Source: an uncultured Lachnospiraceae bacterium (GTDB lineage Bacteria; Bacillota; Clostridia; Lachnospirales; Lachnospiraceae). Taken from it: a stretch of 64,000 bases of DNA. Positions within the stretch are counted from its first letter, which is position 1. Every line of letters begins with the position of its first letter. Of this stretch, positions 47,686-57,689 are shown piece by piece. Under the pieces are notes generated by a model. That model saw nothing but the letters and a program-made list of their open reading frames with translations, was not told the DNA's origin and did not search any database. The position numbers and the translations under genes were made by a program. The stretch is from assembly GCA_946616835.1 (NCBI GenBank), contig CAMOJK010000001.1, positions 8,894 to 72,893 on the forward strand, read 5' to 3'.

Positions 47686-49107
47686 ATGAACCGGAACAAA
47701 AAACATAATAGTAACTATCTGTTGAGGCATACGGAAAGTTTGTTTGAAGTGGCAATGCTGACACTTCTCTATTATTTGATGTGGAAATTCTGCTACCGTG
47801 ATGACAGTCTGATTCCCTTTCACGGCAGGGGCAAGCTTGTTCTTATGCTGGTGTATGCCCTGCTGGTCCTTGTGGTATTTACCCTTAGCGAATGTTTTAA
47901 ATTCGGATATTTTAGGTTTTCGGATATTCTGCTGTCTACCTGGATATCCCTAGTTCTGGTTAATGTCATAAGCTACCTTCAGATATGTCTTATGGCAGCC
48001 AAAGTAGTTTCCTTTGTTCCCATACTGATACTTTGGGTGGCAGAATATCTGGTCACGGCTGCTTTATGCTATCTTTATACAGTGTTTTATTATAAGATGA
48101 ACCCGCCCCATGACATGATCCTTATATCTGGCGGCGTGAATGGTCTGACCATAAAGAAAAAGATGGAGCGCAGGGATGATAAATACCTGATCAGTGAGAG
48201 CATACAGCTGGAGGATATCTGGAATGAAGGCGGCGGTGAGCAGGTTGTCCTGGATGATGTGCTGAAGACTGTATTCGAGAGGATATCCACACATGAGTCT
48301 GTGGTCTTAAACGACATACCTGCAGATGAGAGGAATGCCATACTTAAGTACTGCTATGAGCAGGGCATCAGGACTTATGTGGTGCCTAAGATATCCGACA
48401 TAATCATGGGCGGATCCTTTGACATAAGTCTTTTTGATACCCCTATACAGCTGGTAAACGGCAATGGACTTTCCGCTTCCCAAAGGATGGTTAAAAGGGC
48501 AATGGATATTGTTTTGGGATCTGTTGCGTTTATTATAGCGTCGCCTATAATGCTGCTGGTTGCCATAGCTATCAAGATTGAGGACAGGGGACCCGTGTTC
48601 TTTATGCAGGAGCGGGTGACCAGGGACGGCCGTCTGTTTAAAATGATCAAATTCCGCAGCATGATAGAGAATGCGAATAAGATGGGTGAAGTGAAGGGAA
48701 CCACCAAGGATGATAAGAGGGTGACCAAGGTAGGCACTATCATCAGGCGCTATAGGATTGACGAGCTGCCTCAGCTCATTAATATAATAAAAGGTGATAT
48801 GTCCCTTGTGGGACCCAGACCTGAATGTAAGGAATTCCATGAAAAATACTGTAAAGACATACCTGAATTTGTATTCCGCAACAAGGTAAAGGCTGGGCTT
48901 ACCGGATATGCGCAGATTTTTGGAAGATACAATACTTCTGCTTACGATAAAGTTAGACTGGATCTGATCTATATAGAAAAGTACAGTTTCCTGTTGGATA
49001 TAAAGCTCATGCTTATGACGCTGAGGATATTGCTTAAAAAAGAGAGCACTGAGGGCTTTGATGACGACGACAAGGATTCAGAGTCGAAAAAAGACACCGT
49101 GCAATAA
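47686..49107 (+). CDS. Exopolysaccharide polyprenyl glycosylphosphotransferase (long CpsE/WcaJ type)
   Basis: N-terminal TMs, KRAMDI, KFRSM, DKRVTKVG, RIDELPQL, MSLVGPRPE, KAGLTGYAQ. Confidence 0.93.
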   Translation: MNRNKKHNSNYLLRHTESLFEVAMLTLLYYLMWKFCYRDDSLIPFHGRGKLVLMLVYALLVLVVFTLSECFKFGYFRFSDILLSTWISLVLVNVISYLQICLMAAKVVSFVPILILWVAEYLVTAALCYLYTVFYYKMNPPHDMILISGGVNGLTIKKKMERRDDKYLISESIQLEDIWNEGGGEQVVLDDVLKTVFERISTHESVVLNDIPADERNAILKYCYEQGIRTYVVPKISDIIMGGSFDISLFDTPIQLVNGNGLSASQRMVKRAMDIVLGSVAFIIASPIMLLVAIAIKIEDRGPVFFMQERVTRDGRLFKMIKFRSMIENANKMGEVKGTTKDDKRVTKVGTIIRRYRIDELPQLINIIKGDMSLVGPRPECKEFHEKYCKDIPEFVFRNKVKAGLTGYAQIFGRYNTSAYDKVRLDLIYIEKYSFLLDIKLMLMTLRILLKKESTEGFDDDDKDSESKKDTVQ

Positions 49108-49152
49108 AATGTTTATGAAAGTCATTATATTGGAGAAGAAGAAAATTTGTAA

Positions 49153-50673
49153 ATGGAAGAACGCGAGATAGACCTGATAAGTTTGTTTTTTCATATTCTG
49201 CTACATTGGCGAAGCCTGCTGGTTGCGGGGCTCATAGGTGTGGTGCTGGCCGGAGGGTACGGCTTTTTTTCTGCGCCAACAACAAACAAAGCCAATAATG
49301 AAGAAGTTGATGAAGTTATTGAGGAGAATTCTAAGACAAATAAGGCGACTGATTTAGAATTCCTAGATCTGGATGACGAAAATATGAATGTATATTTGCG
49401 TGCAGAGGATTCATATAATGCTATGCTTGCCTATCTTGATTCCTTGGAGTATATGAAGCTGGATGGGGATAATGTTGCAAAGACAGTTGTGACTATAGGA
49501 GTTAAGGGAGATAAGAAGGAAGATACTGATGCTATTGCAGCGGTATACTATAACAAGTTTTGTGGTGGATATTCAAGTTTTGTTAGTGGTAAATCAGAAC
49601 TGTCAGAAGCTGATATAGAGCTTTTTGTATCGGTATCCTACTCAAACTCAACAACTCCGAATCAGATGTATGATCCAGGTGATGAGCCATTAGGATATAA
49701 ATGGTCGATAATAATTGTTACGGCGTTGGGACGCACTGAAGAAGAATCTGAAGAATTGGCTGATATGGCTATAGATTTTATTAAAGACGAGAAAGCTTCA
49801 GTTGACAGGGATTTAGGCGAGCACGAACTGCTGCTTCTGAACAAAGATACCAAAACAGGGTATGATATTTCTGTAATGACTGCCCAGAATGATAAGCTTA
49901 AGGTTTTGTATACCCTGTATGATGAGATGACCAAAAGAAAGAAACTTCTTTCTGAAGATCAGCTTAGGTCTCTTGCGCTGGGTGAAGATTGGACATCAGT
50001 GTATGCTGATTCCGTATCAGCTGATAATACAGAACTCGTATCTGAAGAGACAGTACAGGGTGGTCCTGCACAGGAAGTCAGCATGTCAACAGTAGAAAGG
50101 CTTCGCTTTTCTGTGAAATATATTCTGCTAGGCCTCTGTGGCGGCTTATTCTGCATGGCAGGCTTATGGTCGGCTCTTTATGTCTTAAGCAACAGGATAA
50201 AGACCGAGGATCCTATAGAAAAGCTTTTCAAAGTGGCTGTCATTGGCGTAGTTCCTGCTGCTTATGAAAAGAAGCGTGCTTTCGGCTTTGTTGACCATTG
50301 GATTATATCCATACGCGACAGGAACAAGCGCATATTCAGTGTGGATGAGGCGGTCTCCCTTATTGTCTCCAGGGTGAAGGTTCAGAGCTCGAAGGCTAAG
50401 GTGTCGAAGCTCGTATTTGTTGGTTGTGACCTTGGAAAGAATGTGCCTGTTATACCGGAGTCTATGGCAGAAAAACTGAATTCAGCTGATATAAATACTT
50501 CTGTACTTGATAATGTGCTTTATGATTCAGAGAATAATGAGAAGCTTGGCGAGATGGATGGCGCTGTAATAATTGAAAAGGCTGGAAAGACTCTCTATAG
50601 TGAGCTTACGGAAGAAATAGAGCTTTTGAAGCGGCAGCAGATCAAGCTGCTTGGATGTGTGATAGTGGAGTGA
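49153..50673 (+). CDS. Wzz/YveK-like co-polymerase
   Basis: EREIDLISL..HW N-terminal TM, second TM KYILLG, LLGCVIVE tail. Confidence 0.75.
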   Translation: MEEREIDLISLFFHILLHWRSLLVAGLIGVVLAGGYGFFSAPTTNKANNEEVDEVIEENSKTNKATDLEFLDLDDENMNVYLRAEDSYNAMLAYLDSLEYMKLDGDNVAKTVVTIGVKGDKKEDTDAIAAVYYNKFCGGYSSFVSGKSELSEADIELFVSVSYSNSTTPNQMYDPGDEPLGYKWSIIIVTALGRTEEESEELADMAIDFIKDEKASVDRDLGEHELLLLNKDTKTGYDISVMTAQNDKLKVLYTLYDEMTKRKKLLSEDQLRSLALGEDWTSVYADSVSADNTELVSEETVQGGPAQEVSMSTVERLRFSVKYILLGLCGGLFCMAGLWSALYVLSNRIKTEDPIEKLFKVAVIGVVPAAYEKKRAFGFVDHWIISIRDRNKRIFSVDEAVSLIVSRVKVQSSKAKVSKLVFVGCDLGKNVPVIPESMAEKLNSADINTSVLDNVLYDSENNEKLGEMDGAVIIEKAGKTLYSELTEEIELLKRQQIKLLGCVIVE

Positions 50674-50689
50674 GCTGAGGTAAGAGAAA

Positions 50690-50948
50690 ATGTATGACAA
50701 TATCCTGCCGCTTATCGGACGCACAAAACCCTTGTTTACAGAAGACCTTAGTAAAAGTGAGGCAGAGATAAATGATATTATAAAAAAGTCGCATCCTGGT
50801 GATCGGTGGAGCCGGTACTATAGGGAGTGCCATCTGCCGTGAGTTTTTCGCACGCGACCCGCAGGTTCTTCATGTGGTGGACATCAGTGAGAACATAATA
50901 CATCTTAACCACAAAGAGACCGGAAAATTCCTGGATAGCAGGATGTAG
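50690..50948 (+). pseudogene. Internally deleted, frameshifted UDP-GlcNAc 4,6-dehydratase remnant
   Basis: MYDNILPLIGRTKPLF..., frameshift at A6 (50782-50787), then SRILVIGGAGTIG...LHVVDISEN joined to a C-terminus-like HKETGKFLDSRM*. Confidence 0.8.
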
Positions 50949-50963
50949 AGTAAAGGATCAGTT

Positions 50964-52970
50964 ATGGGAGCATTAGCTATATTTCCAATAGCAGCAGCAT
51001 TGGCTGTGCTTGGCAGAAAGAAATTTGAGGAAACGGTTTTTCCGGCCATTGGTCTTATCGTTATTACTTTGATGCTCTTCGGAATGGTGGGGATTCTTAA
51101 GCTTGGTGTATTCATTGTTCCGGTGTATGTTATTTTATCTTTTGTTGTTCTTGTAGTGGAGAGAAGCCGTTTAAGGAAGCTGGTTGTTACGCCGGGGTTA
51201 GCGGCATTTGCGTTTTTTTTTGTTTTTTTCTTTTTTTTCACATACGGAAGAAGTTTTATTCCTGATGCAGCTATGTCACAGTACGGTTCCGTTGTTCGGC
51301 ATCTGTGTAAAATAGGATGTATCCGTAATGATACGCTATATTACCGCCTTTATGATCCGTTTCCCTTTGCTTCATTGTGGGCATACTTCTGCACTATTAC
51401 GCTAGGGGGATTTTCTGAATCAGCCTGTCTTTTTGCCAATGATATTTTTATCATTTCTGCCATTATGCCGTTCTTTCGGTATATTAAATCTCTGAAAGAG
51501 GGCTCGTGGCGGTGGATAGTGTTACTTGTGTTTATTATTCTTTTGCCTGTTTTGAAGATCCCGGAGACATACAGTAGCTTTGATATGGCTGTACCGCAGG
51601 CAGCAGCTCTTGTATACACTTTTCTTATGGTTGATCCTCTCATCCAATATAGAGCTCCGGGGCGCTCTGTTCTCTGGTATGAGATATTTACAGCCTTTGG
51701 TTTTTTTGCATCATGTACTTTGACCAAGTATGGAATATTAGCGGCACTGCCACTTATACTGGGGGTATGTGTTGTTGCTTTTTCAGGTGTGAAAAAGAGG
51801 GGGAATCTCGTTATTATGGTTTTGGCCGGATGTTTCGCTACTGTGGTTTGGAGTATTTACAGCTATGCAATTTATGAGATTGATTTTGACGGTCTGCTTC
51901 TTATCCCGGAAACCTGTCTGTGTGCCGTGCTTATTTCTATTGTGATATCTTTTTTGATACATCTGTATAGAAAGGGCTATAAGTATACTGTTCTGTTAGT
52001 ATCTTTTGCTCTTTGTGCTATCATGATATCGGGGACTGTTTTTTTACTGAAATACAGTATAAATAGCGAGTATGCGACACAATTTGTAGGTGAATTCACG
52101 GATAAGCTTTTTGTAGGCCGGAGTGAAGAAGAATACTATGTTATCGGTAAAAGAGTGATGCCGATACGGGATGCTGCATTTTTGGTTATTTTGCTGATGA
52201 TTTCAGGTATGGCATGCAGCAGGATAGAAAAAAGGGAGCGCCAAAATATATCGGAGATATTTGCTTTCAATGCCTCATTCATAGTGGGAAGTGTATTGTA
52301 TCTGCTCATTATCTGTATCTTGTATGTCAATGTAATAAGGATACCTCATGCTCCTGTAAAGCCGGTTACTGTTGCGTATGTCGCACCGCTGATTATTTTA
52401 TCCTTTTCGGTGGTATTTGCTCAGGCACTTAAGGCGTGGAAGAAAGAATGGGTGCTGATAGGCGGGACTGTTATTCTGATAGCATGTACCTATTCCGATC
52501 CGGTTGGAGCATGTCTTAACAAACCGACGCGAGAGGATGAATATCCCATTATAACTGAATGCAGGGATGCGGGGAGTGTGGAATTCAAAGGAGATGACAA
52601 GGTCTTCTATATCGATAAGGATCTGATAGAGAATTTGCCGGATACTTTCAAATGGGCTGTTTTCCCTGCTGGAGCTGATTTTATAAACGGACTGTATTTT
52701 AATCCGGAGCCGAATAAATGGGACAAGGATATAAAGGAGCCACTGACGGCAGAGACTTTGGCAGAGGTCATAGAGGATGGCGATTATACCTATGTGTATT
52801 TAAAGAATGTGGATGATTCCTTTTTTTGGGAGATGTATTACCCTGATTTTGAGAAATCCGGTGCGGATATAAGGAATGATGTATTATTCAAAGTGGCCTA
52901 TGATGAGTCCGGACAAATGCAGCTTGAGTATATTTACGGTGTTGCTGAGGACAAAACGGAAGATGAGTAA
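50964..52970 (+). CDS. Polytopic membrane protein (GT-C-like), paralog of 53006-54955
   Basis: >12 hydrophobic segments, soluble C-terminal domain with YTYVYL..VDD.F...Y. Confidence 0.65.
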   Translation: MGALAIFPIAAALAVLGRKKFEETVFPAIGLIVITLMLFGMVGILKLGVFIVPVYVILSFVVLVVERSRLRKLVVTPGLAAFAFFFVFFFFFTYGRSFIPDAAMSQYGSVVRHLCKIGCIRNDTLYYRLYDPFPFASLWAYFCTITLGGFSESACLFANDIFIISAIMPFFRYIKSLKEGSWRWIVLLVFIILLPVLKIPETYSSFDMAVPQAAALVYTFLMVDPLIQYRAPGRSVLWYEIFTAFGFFASCTLTKYGILAALPLILGVCVVAFSGVKKRGNLVIMVLAGCFATVVWSIYSYAIYEIDFDGLLLIPETCLCAVLISIVISFLIHLYRKGYKYTVLLVSFALCAIMISGTVFLLKYSINSEYATQFVGEFTDKLFVGRSEEEYYVIGKRVMPIRDAAFLVILLMISGMACSRIEKRERQNISEIFAFNASFIVGSVLYLLIICILYVNVIRIPHAPVKPVTVAYVAPLIILSFSVVFAQALKAWKKEWVLIGGTVILIACTYSDPVGACLNKPTREDEYPIITECRDAGSVEFKGDDKVFYIDKDLIENLPDTFKWAVFPAGADFINGLYFNPEPNKWDKDIKEPLTAETLAEVIEDGDYTYVYLKNVDDSFFWEMYYPDFEKSGADIRNDVLFKVAYDESGQMQLEYIYGVAEDKTEDE

Positions 52971-53005
52971 TTGTGTTTACGACAGTCGATTAAGGTTGTT
53001 ATAAA

Positions 53006-54955
53006 ATGGGAATATTGGTTGCACTGCCCATAGCCGCAGCAATAGCGGTCCTGGACAGGAGAAAAATAGAAGAATTTCTTTTTTGGGCGATAGGAATGAT
53101 AATATCGCTGATTTTTCTTTTTGGATACTTTGGCAATACTCTCCCCGGTGTATATGCAGGAATTGTGCTGGCGGGTGTTTCCCTGCTCTATTGTATATTT
53201 GTTTTGATTAAGGACCGGGCAAGATTTAAGGAAAGTGTATTGACAACGGGATTTGTAGGGATCCTGGTATGTGTATTGGTGGCAGCTGTGATATGTTTCG
53301 GCATGAAGGATTTGGGGGCAGCCAGTGATCTGTACAGGGTATACGCTCCACAGTTGATCAATATGTATATGTACGATAACCTTGGGGTTGGGGAACCGGC
53401 ACATAATTATGAATTACTCTATAGCGCTCCTATATGTGGCGCCTGGTGCTATTTTTGTAATAAATTCTGGTCACACTATTCTGATTGCGTGATCATGTGG
53501 TCGAGGCACATTTTTATCATCTCGGCGTTTGCCCCATTATATTCGCATATAAGGAAGGGCGAGTGGAAGAAAACTCTGCTTATTTCTTTTATCATAATGA
53601 ATTTTCCATATATTATCCATCCAACATTATGTTATCTAAACGATGTGACTTTAGGGTGTACTGTGTCATATGGGACCTTAATGACTATGAAGCTGTTCAG
53701 AGATAGGAATCGGAGTAATGATATAGGCTACCTGGCGGCATGTTGCTGGGGAATAGTTGCGACATGCTTGATAAAGAGAATGGGAGCTGTGTTTATTTAC
53801 GGTATGGTTAGTATGGCTGCGGTATATACCGTTAAGCGTTTTATGGAAAAAAAGGATGATCAGGGGATCATAAAAAGACTTGTTCCTTTGTTTGCAATGT
53901 TCTTCTCTTTGGCAATGGTACTGGTATTTAACTGTTATCGGCAGAAATATTATGTTGATGATACGTTCTATACCATTTTTCCTGTAATAGCATTTATTGG
54001 CCTGGTCGTAATGGGAATTGCTTATTATTTTATGATTGTTTTGATAAAGAAAGGACGATATGTATTAGCTGCTGGTATGGTATCAGTAGTAATCGTATCT
54101 GCGTACTTTCTACTGTTGGGATTTGGGGCACATTATTCAGATACGGATACTTCAAGAGAAGTCATATCAGGATATATGATAGAATGGTTTAACGAACTGT
54201 CCTTTGATAATGGTATCAATATGCCGGATCCGATGTTTATGATACTGTTTATACTGATGATGTTTGTTCTAGGCTACCTGATAAATAAAGGGAAAGTAGT
54301 TTCGTTGTCCAAGGCAGATGATATAGGTATTACGTCGGGAATGCTTATTTTGGGAGCACTGTTAGCCGCTGCTACCATACTTTGTTCCTATCTACAGTAT
54401 GAACTTTTACCTAAAGTACATACATACAGGTATCTTCGTCCGGCGATACTTGTAATGGTAGTCGTGGTGATATATGAACTGTTATGCATAGAAAGCAGAC
54501 ATAGCACTTACATAGTAGTTATTTCAACAATTGTATTGATATTGCTTCTTCCGGCCAATAATATTGTAGTCAAACTTCTTCCTGAAGAAGGAGAAAAACG
54601 ATGGGATGTTTTTAAGAATATGTATTCAGATGCCGGGATACAACTGACAACGGGAACAAATATACTTTATGAGGGTAAAGATTATTATGCTATTTATGCT
54701 TCATTTCCGGCAGGCGCTGTATGGTATAAACCGGAGGAGGAAGACCCGGATGAATTAAAAAATTGGGTACTGGATAACGGATCTGAATACTTACTTTTAG
54801 ATGATTATGATGAAGATTTCCCGTATATTTATCAGGAAATGTTTGAGGGTGGAAGGAATGAAATAAGAGAAAACGCAATATATGATGTGGTTGTGGAAGA
54901 GGATGGAGTAAGATTTGTTCGCAGGAAGGGACATGCAGATGAAAAAGCAGAGTAA
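53006..54955 (+). CDS. Polytopic membrane protein (GT-C-like)
   Basis: N-terminus MGILVALPIAAAIAVLDRRKIEE resembles the upstream paralog; many TMs; RY motif late; soluble C-terminus. Confidence 0.65.
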   Translation: MGILVALPIAAAIAVLDRRKIEEFLFWAIGMIISLIFLFGYFGNTLPGVYAGIVLAGVSLLYCIFVLIKDRARFKESVLTTGFVGILVCVLVAAVICFGMKDLGAASDLYRVYAPQLINMYMYDNLGVGEPAHNYELLYSAPICGAWCYFCNKFWSHYSDCVIMWSRHIFIISAFAPLYSHIRKGEWKKTLLISFIIMNFPYIIHPTLCYLNDVTLGCTVSYGTLMTMKLFRDRNRSNDIGYLAACCWGIVATCLIKRMGAVFIYGMVSMAAVYTVKRFMEKKDDQGIIKRLVPLFAMFFSLAMVLVFNCYRQKYYVDDTFYTIFPVIAFIGLVVMGIAYYFMIVLIKKGRYVLAAGMVSVVIVSAYFLLLGFGAHYSDTDTSREVISGYMIEWFNELSFDNGINMPDPMFMILFILMMFVLGYLINKGKVVSLSKADDIGITSGMLILGALLAAATILCSYLQYELLPKVHTYRYLRPAILVMVVVVIYELLCIESRHSTYIVVISTIVLILLLPANNIVVKLLPEEGEKRWDVFKNMYSDAGIQLTTGTNILYEGKDYYAIYASFPAGAVWYKPEEEDPDELKNWVLDNGSEYLLLDDYDEDFPYIYQEMFEGGRNEIRENAIYDVVVEEDGVRFVRRKGHADEKAE

Positions 54956-56339
54956 AATTCCAAAGTATATATATATAACGGTCTTTGTTCTTTTGATCAT
55001 CACTATACCGCAAGTGTTTTATGTTGATGTCAAATCCAACACCAGACAGGGAATGCTGGTATGGGAGGCGCTTTTTTCAGGACGATTTTTTGAGTATTAT
55101 CGTGTCAGCAAAGAGGCAAAAGAAGCAGGCCTTATGATTCATTTTTCCAACTATGATATGGTCCTGAATATACTGATGGGACTTTGGCAGCTGCCGCTAT
55201 ATATTGCTGAAAAGCTTATAGGATGTGAAAATATCGTCAGTGAATATATGGCTGCCAGGATATATAGTAAGCTGTATTTGCCTATAATGGTAATTCTCTC
55301 CGGACATCGAATGGCTCAGATTGGAAAAGAAATGGGGAGAAGTGAGGAGGAACAGGAGCAGATTTTTCTTTTGTTTATAAGTTCAATATTTGTGGTGAGT
55401 TCTGCAGTAGTTACGGCACAGGTTGATGCTATAGGCTTATATTTCTTTTTGAGCGCTTTGTATTATGTTCTGAAGAAAGATAACCTGAAATTTATGCTGT
55501 TCTTTATTCTTGCAGTACAGTGCAAATACTTTGCTTTTTTCTTTATGGTTCCGGTGATTATTATTAAAGAAAAAAGAATATGGAAGATGATGCTTGAGTC
55601 TGCAACGCCTATGGTATTGAATTTTGTGATTAATCTACCGTTTAAGCTGATGACTCCAGCCGAAATAAGTGAAAAATCTGAAAGACTGGAAACAATGGTG
55701 GAGGAGATGCTTCGTACGAAAATCCGGATTATGGAATACTCGGTTCCGGTTTTATTTATAAGCTTTACAATTGTATGTATAGCTGCATATTTTATTAATC
55801 CTCCTAAAGAAGAGAATAGATGGAAAAAATATGTTGTATATTTCTCATTTTTGGGAATGCTTGCGTTGTTCCTGACAATGGACATTGCTATGCCTTACTG
55901 GCACATATACTATACTCCATTTATACTACTGCTATTTTTCTCGGAAAATGGAAAAAGGGCTGAGCGGCTGCTTCTTGAAACAGCTTGTACGATGTCACTG
56001 GCGGTGGGATATTTTATGCAAAGATGGCATTGTTTCACAGCCTTCGATATAATGATAGCAGGGAAACTGGTAAAACACACTCACTATATTTCTTTGGAGG
56101 ATATATATAACAAGTTCGGTCATGAGTCGTACTATATGGCATGGACTATAACTGTCGGTTTGTTTGTTTCGTACCTTTTATGGGGGCTTGTCTATCATGG
56201 AATCTGTTTGTACAGGAATACTTCTAATGATTCAGTGGAGATCCAGCCAACGAACATAACAAAATGGATCATCCCTAGGGCGGTGTTGACATTTATACTG
56301 TGCAATATTGCTATTATTTTTTATATTTTAGGGCGCTGA
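54939..56339 (+). CDS. Polytopic membrane protein (GT-C/GT87-like)
   Basis: ~11 TM; YVD early loop, AQVD, KYF, PYW motifs. Confidence 0.6.
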   Translation: MKKQSKIPKYIYITVFVLLIITIPQVFYVDVKSNTRQGMLVWEALFSGRFFEYYRVSKEAKEAGLMIHFSNYDMVLNILMGLWQLPLYIAEKLIGCENIVSEYMAARIYSKLYLPIMVILSGHRMAQIGKEMGRSEEEQEQIFLLFISSIFVVSSAVVTAQVDAIGLYFFLSALYYVLKKDNLKFMLFFILAVQCKYFAFFFMVPVIIIKEKRIWKMMLESATPMVLNFVINLPFKLMTPAEISEKSERLETMVEEMLRTKIRIMEYSVPVLFISFTIVCIAAYFINPPKEENRWKKYVVYFSFLGMLALFLTMDIAMPYWHIYYTPFILLLFFSENGKRAERLLLETACTMSLAVGYFMQRWHCFTAFDIMIAGKLVKHTHYISLEDIYNKFGHESYYMAWTITVGLFVSYLLWGLVYHGICLYRNTSNDSVEIQPTNITKWIIPRAVLTFILCNIAIIFYILGR

Positions 56340-56360
56340 TAATAGTTATGCTGGTATGAG

Positions 56361-57605
56361 ATGAAGGAGAATAATACGATGAAAGTGGTTCATCTCTCAA
56401 CAGATGATCAATACGGTGCAGGACGGGCGGCAGTTCGTATCAGCGAGGCAGTACGACAGCAGGGCGTGGAGGCTGACGTTTACGTATTAAGGAAGGGGCT
56501 GGGCAAGTCAAGTTTTGAAATCCGCCGCGGTGTATATGAACAGATCAAATCCGTAATTGATATTAAGTTAGATGAAATGAAAGTGTCAAAATATCAGGCA
56601 CATGCATTATTTAATCCAACCGGAAATGGAGTGGATCTTTCTAAGTTAGATTTCATTAGAGAGGCTGATATAGTAAATCTGCATTGGGTAAATTACGGTA
56701 TCTGGTCACAAAATCTTATGAAATATTTATCCGCGTTGAAAAAGCCGATAGTATGGACGATGCATGATATGTGGCCATATACCGGGGGATGTCACTACGA
56801 TGAAGGTTGTGAAAGATATTCCGATGGATGTGGTTTATGTCCTGTACTCCATAGTAATGATGAAAATGATGTATCTTCAAAGTCTATAAAGACAAAGTGT
56901 ATGTTATTTTCTAAAAATAACATTACCTTTGTGGGACCGAGCAGATGGATTACAGAGTCTGCCACTAACAGCATGGTGGTAAAGAAAAATGGCCTGTCCT
57001 GTGTAAATATTGGAAATCCCATATCGGGAGATGATTTTATTCCGCGTGACAAAGAAGAATGCTTCAGCTTGTTAAAAATTAATACGAAAAAGAAGGTGAT
57101 CCTTTTTGGGGCAGTTAATGCAACATCTGACCGAAATAAGGGATTTGAAAATCTGAAAAAGGCACTTTCGAAATTGGATAGATCGAAATATCTGTTGTTA
57201 GTTTTTGGTGGAAAGCTGGATGGTGATTTTGAAGGATTTGAAACTGTGAGTACGGGGTTTATATCTGACGACCTGCATTTATCTCTGGTATATAATGTCG
57301 CGGATGTATTTGTTGCTCCATCCTTTCAGGATAATCTACCCAATACTGTAATGGAATCACTTTGCTGTGGTATACCGGTGGTTGCGTTTGACATCGGAGG
57401 TATGCCGGATATGATATCGTCCGGGAAGAACGGTTATCTTGCTAAACCCTATGATTGTGATGATCTGGCCAAAGGAATAGACGACTGTGCTGATCGGAAA
57501 TATGACGGGCTGATGATCAGCAGTGAGATTAGGGATAAGTATTCATCAGACAAAATCGGAAAGGAATATGTAGATCTCTATTCCAGGATTTTATCGGGTA
57601 TTTAG
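56361..57605 (+). CDS. GT4 glycosyltransferase (WcaC-like)
   Basis: GAGRAA, NLHW, WTMHDMW.YTGGCHY..C...C..CP, DNLPNTVMESL. Confidence 0.9.
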   Translation: MKENNTMKVVHLSTDDQYGAGRAAVRISEAVRQQGVEADVYVLRKGLGKSSFEIRRGVYEQIKSVIDIKLDEMKVSKYQAHALFNPTGNGVDLSKLDFIREADIVNLHWVNYGIWSQNLMKYLSALKKPIVWTMHDMWPYTGGCHYDEGCERYSDGCGLCPVLHSNDENDVSSKSIKTKCMLFSKNNITFVGPSRWITESATNSMVVKKNGLSCVNIGNPISGDDFIPRDKEECFSLLKINTKKKVILFGAVNATSDRNKGFENLKKALSKLDRSKYLLLVFGGKLDGDFEGFETVSTGFISDDLHLSLVYNVADVFVAPSFQDNLPNTVMESLCCGIPVVAFDIGGMPDMISSGKNGYLAKPYDCDDLAKGIDDCADRKYDGLMISSEIRDKYSSDKIGKEYVDLYSRILSGI

Positions 57606-57633
57606 TATATGTACTGTATTCGTTGTCTACGGG

Positions 57634-57663
57634 TTGGATAATAAAAAAAATATTTGGTATAAT
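57634..57663 (+). promoter_or_regulatory. Extended -10 promoter (TGnTATAAT) with A8 tract in the spacer
   Basis: TTGGAT-N18-TATAAT with TG extension, 26 bp upstream of the ATP-grasp gene. Confidence 0.5.
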
Positions 57664-57689
57664 GTACCGCAGAAATAATCAGGTGAAAG

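Noticed and set aside
51213-51238. Clustered poly-T runs as a contingency locus
   Set aside because: They encode an in-frame Phe-rich TM helix (FFFVFFFFF) and the gene is intact
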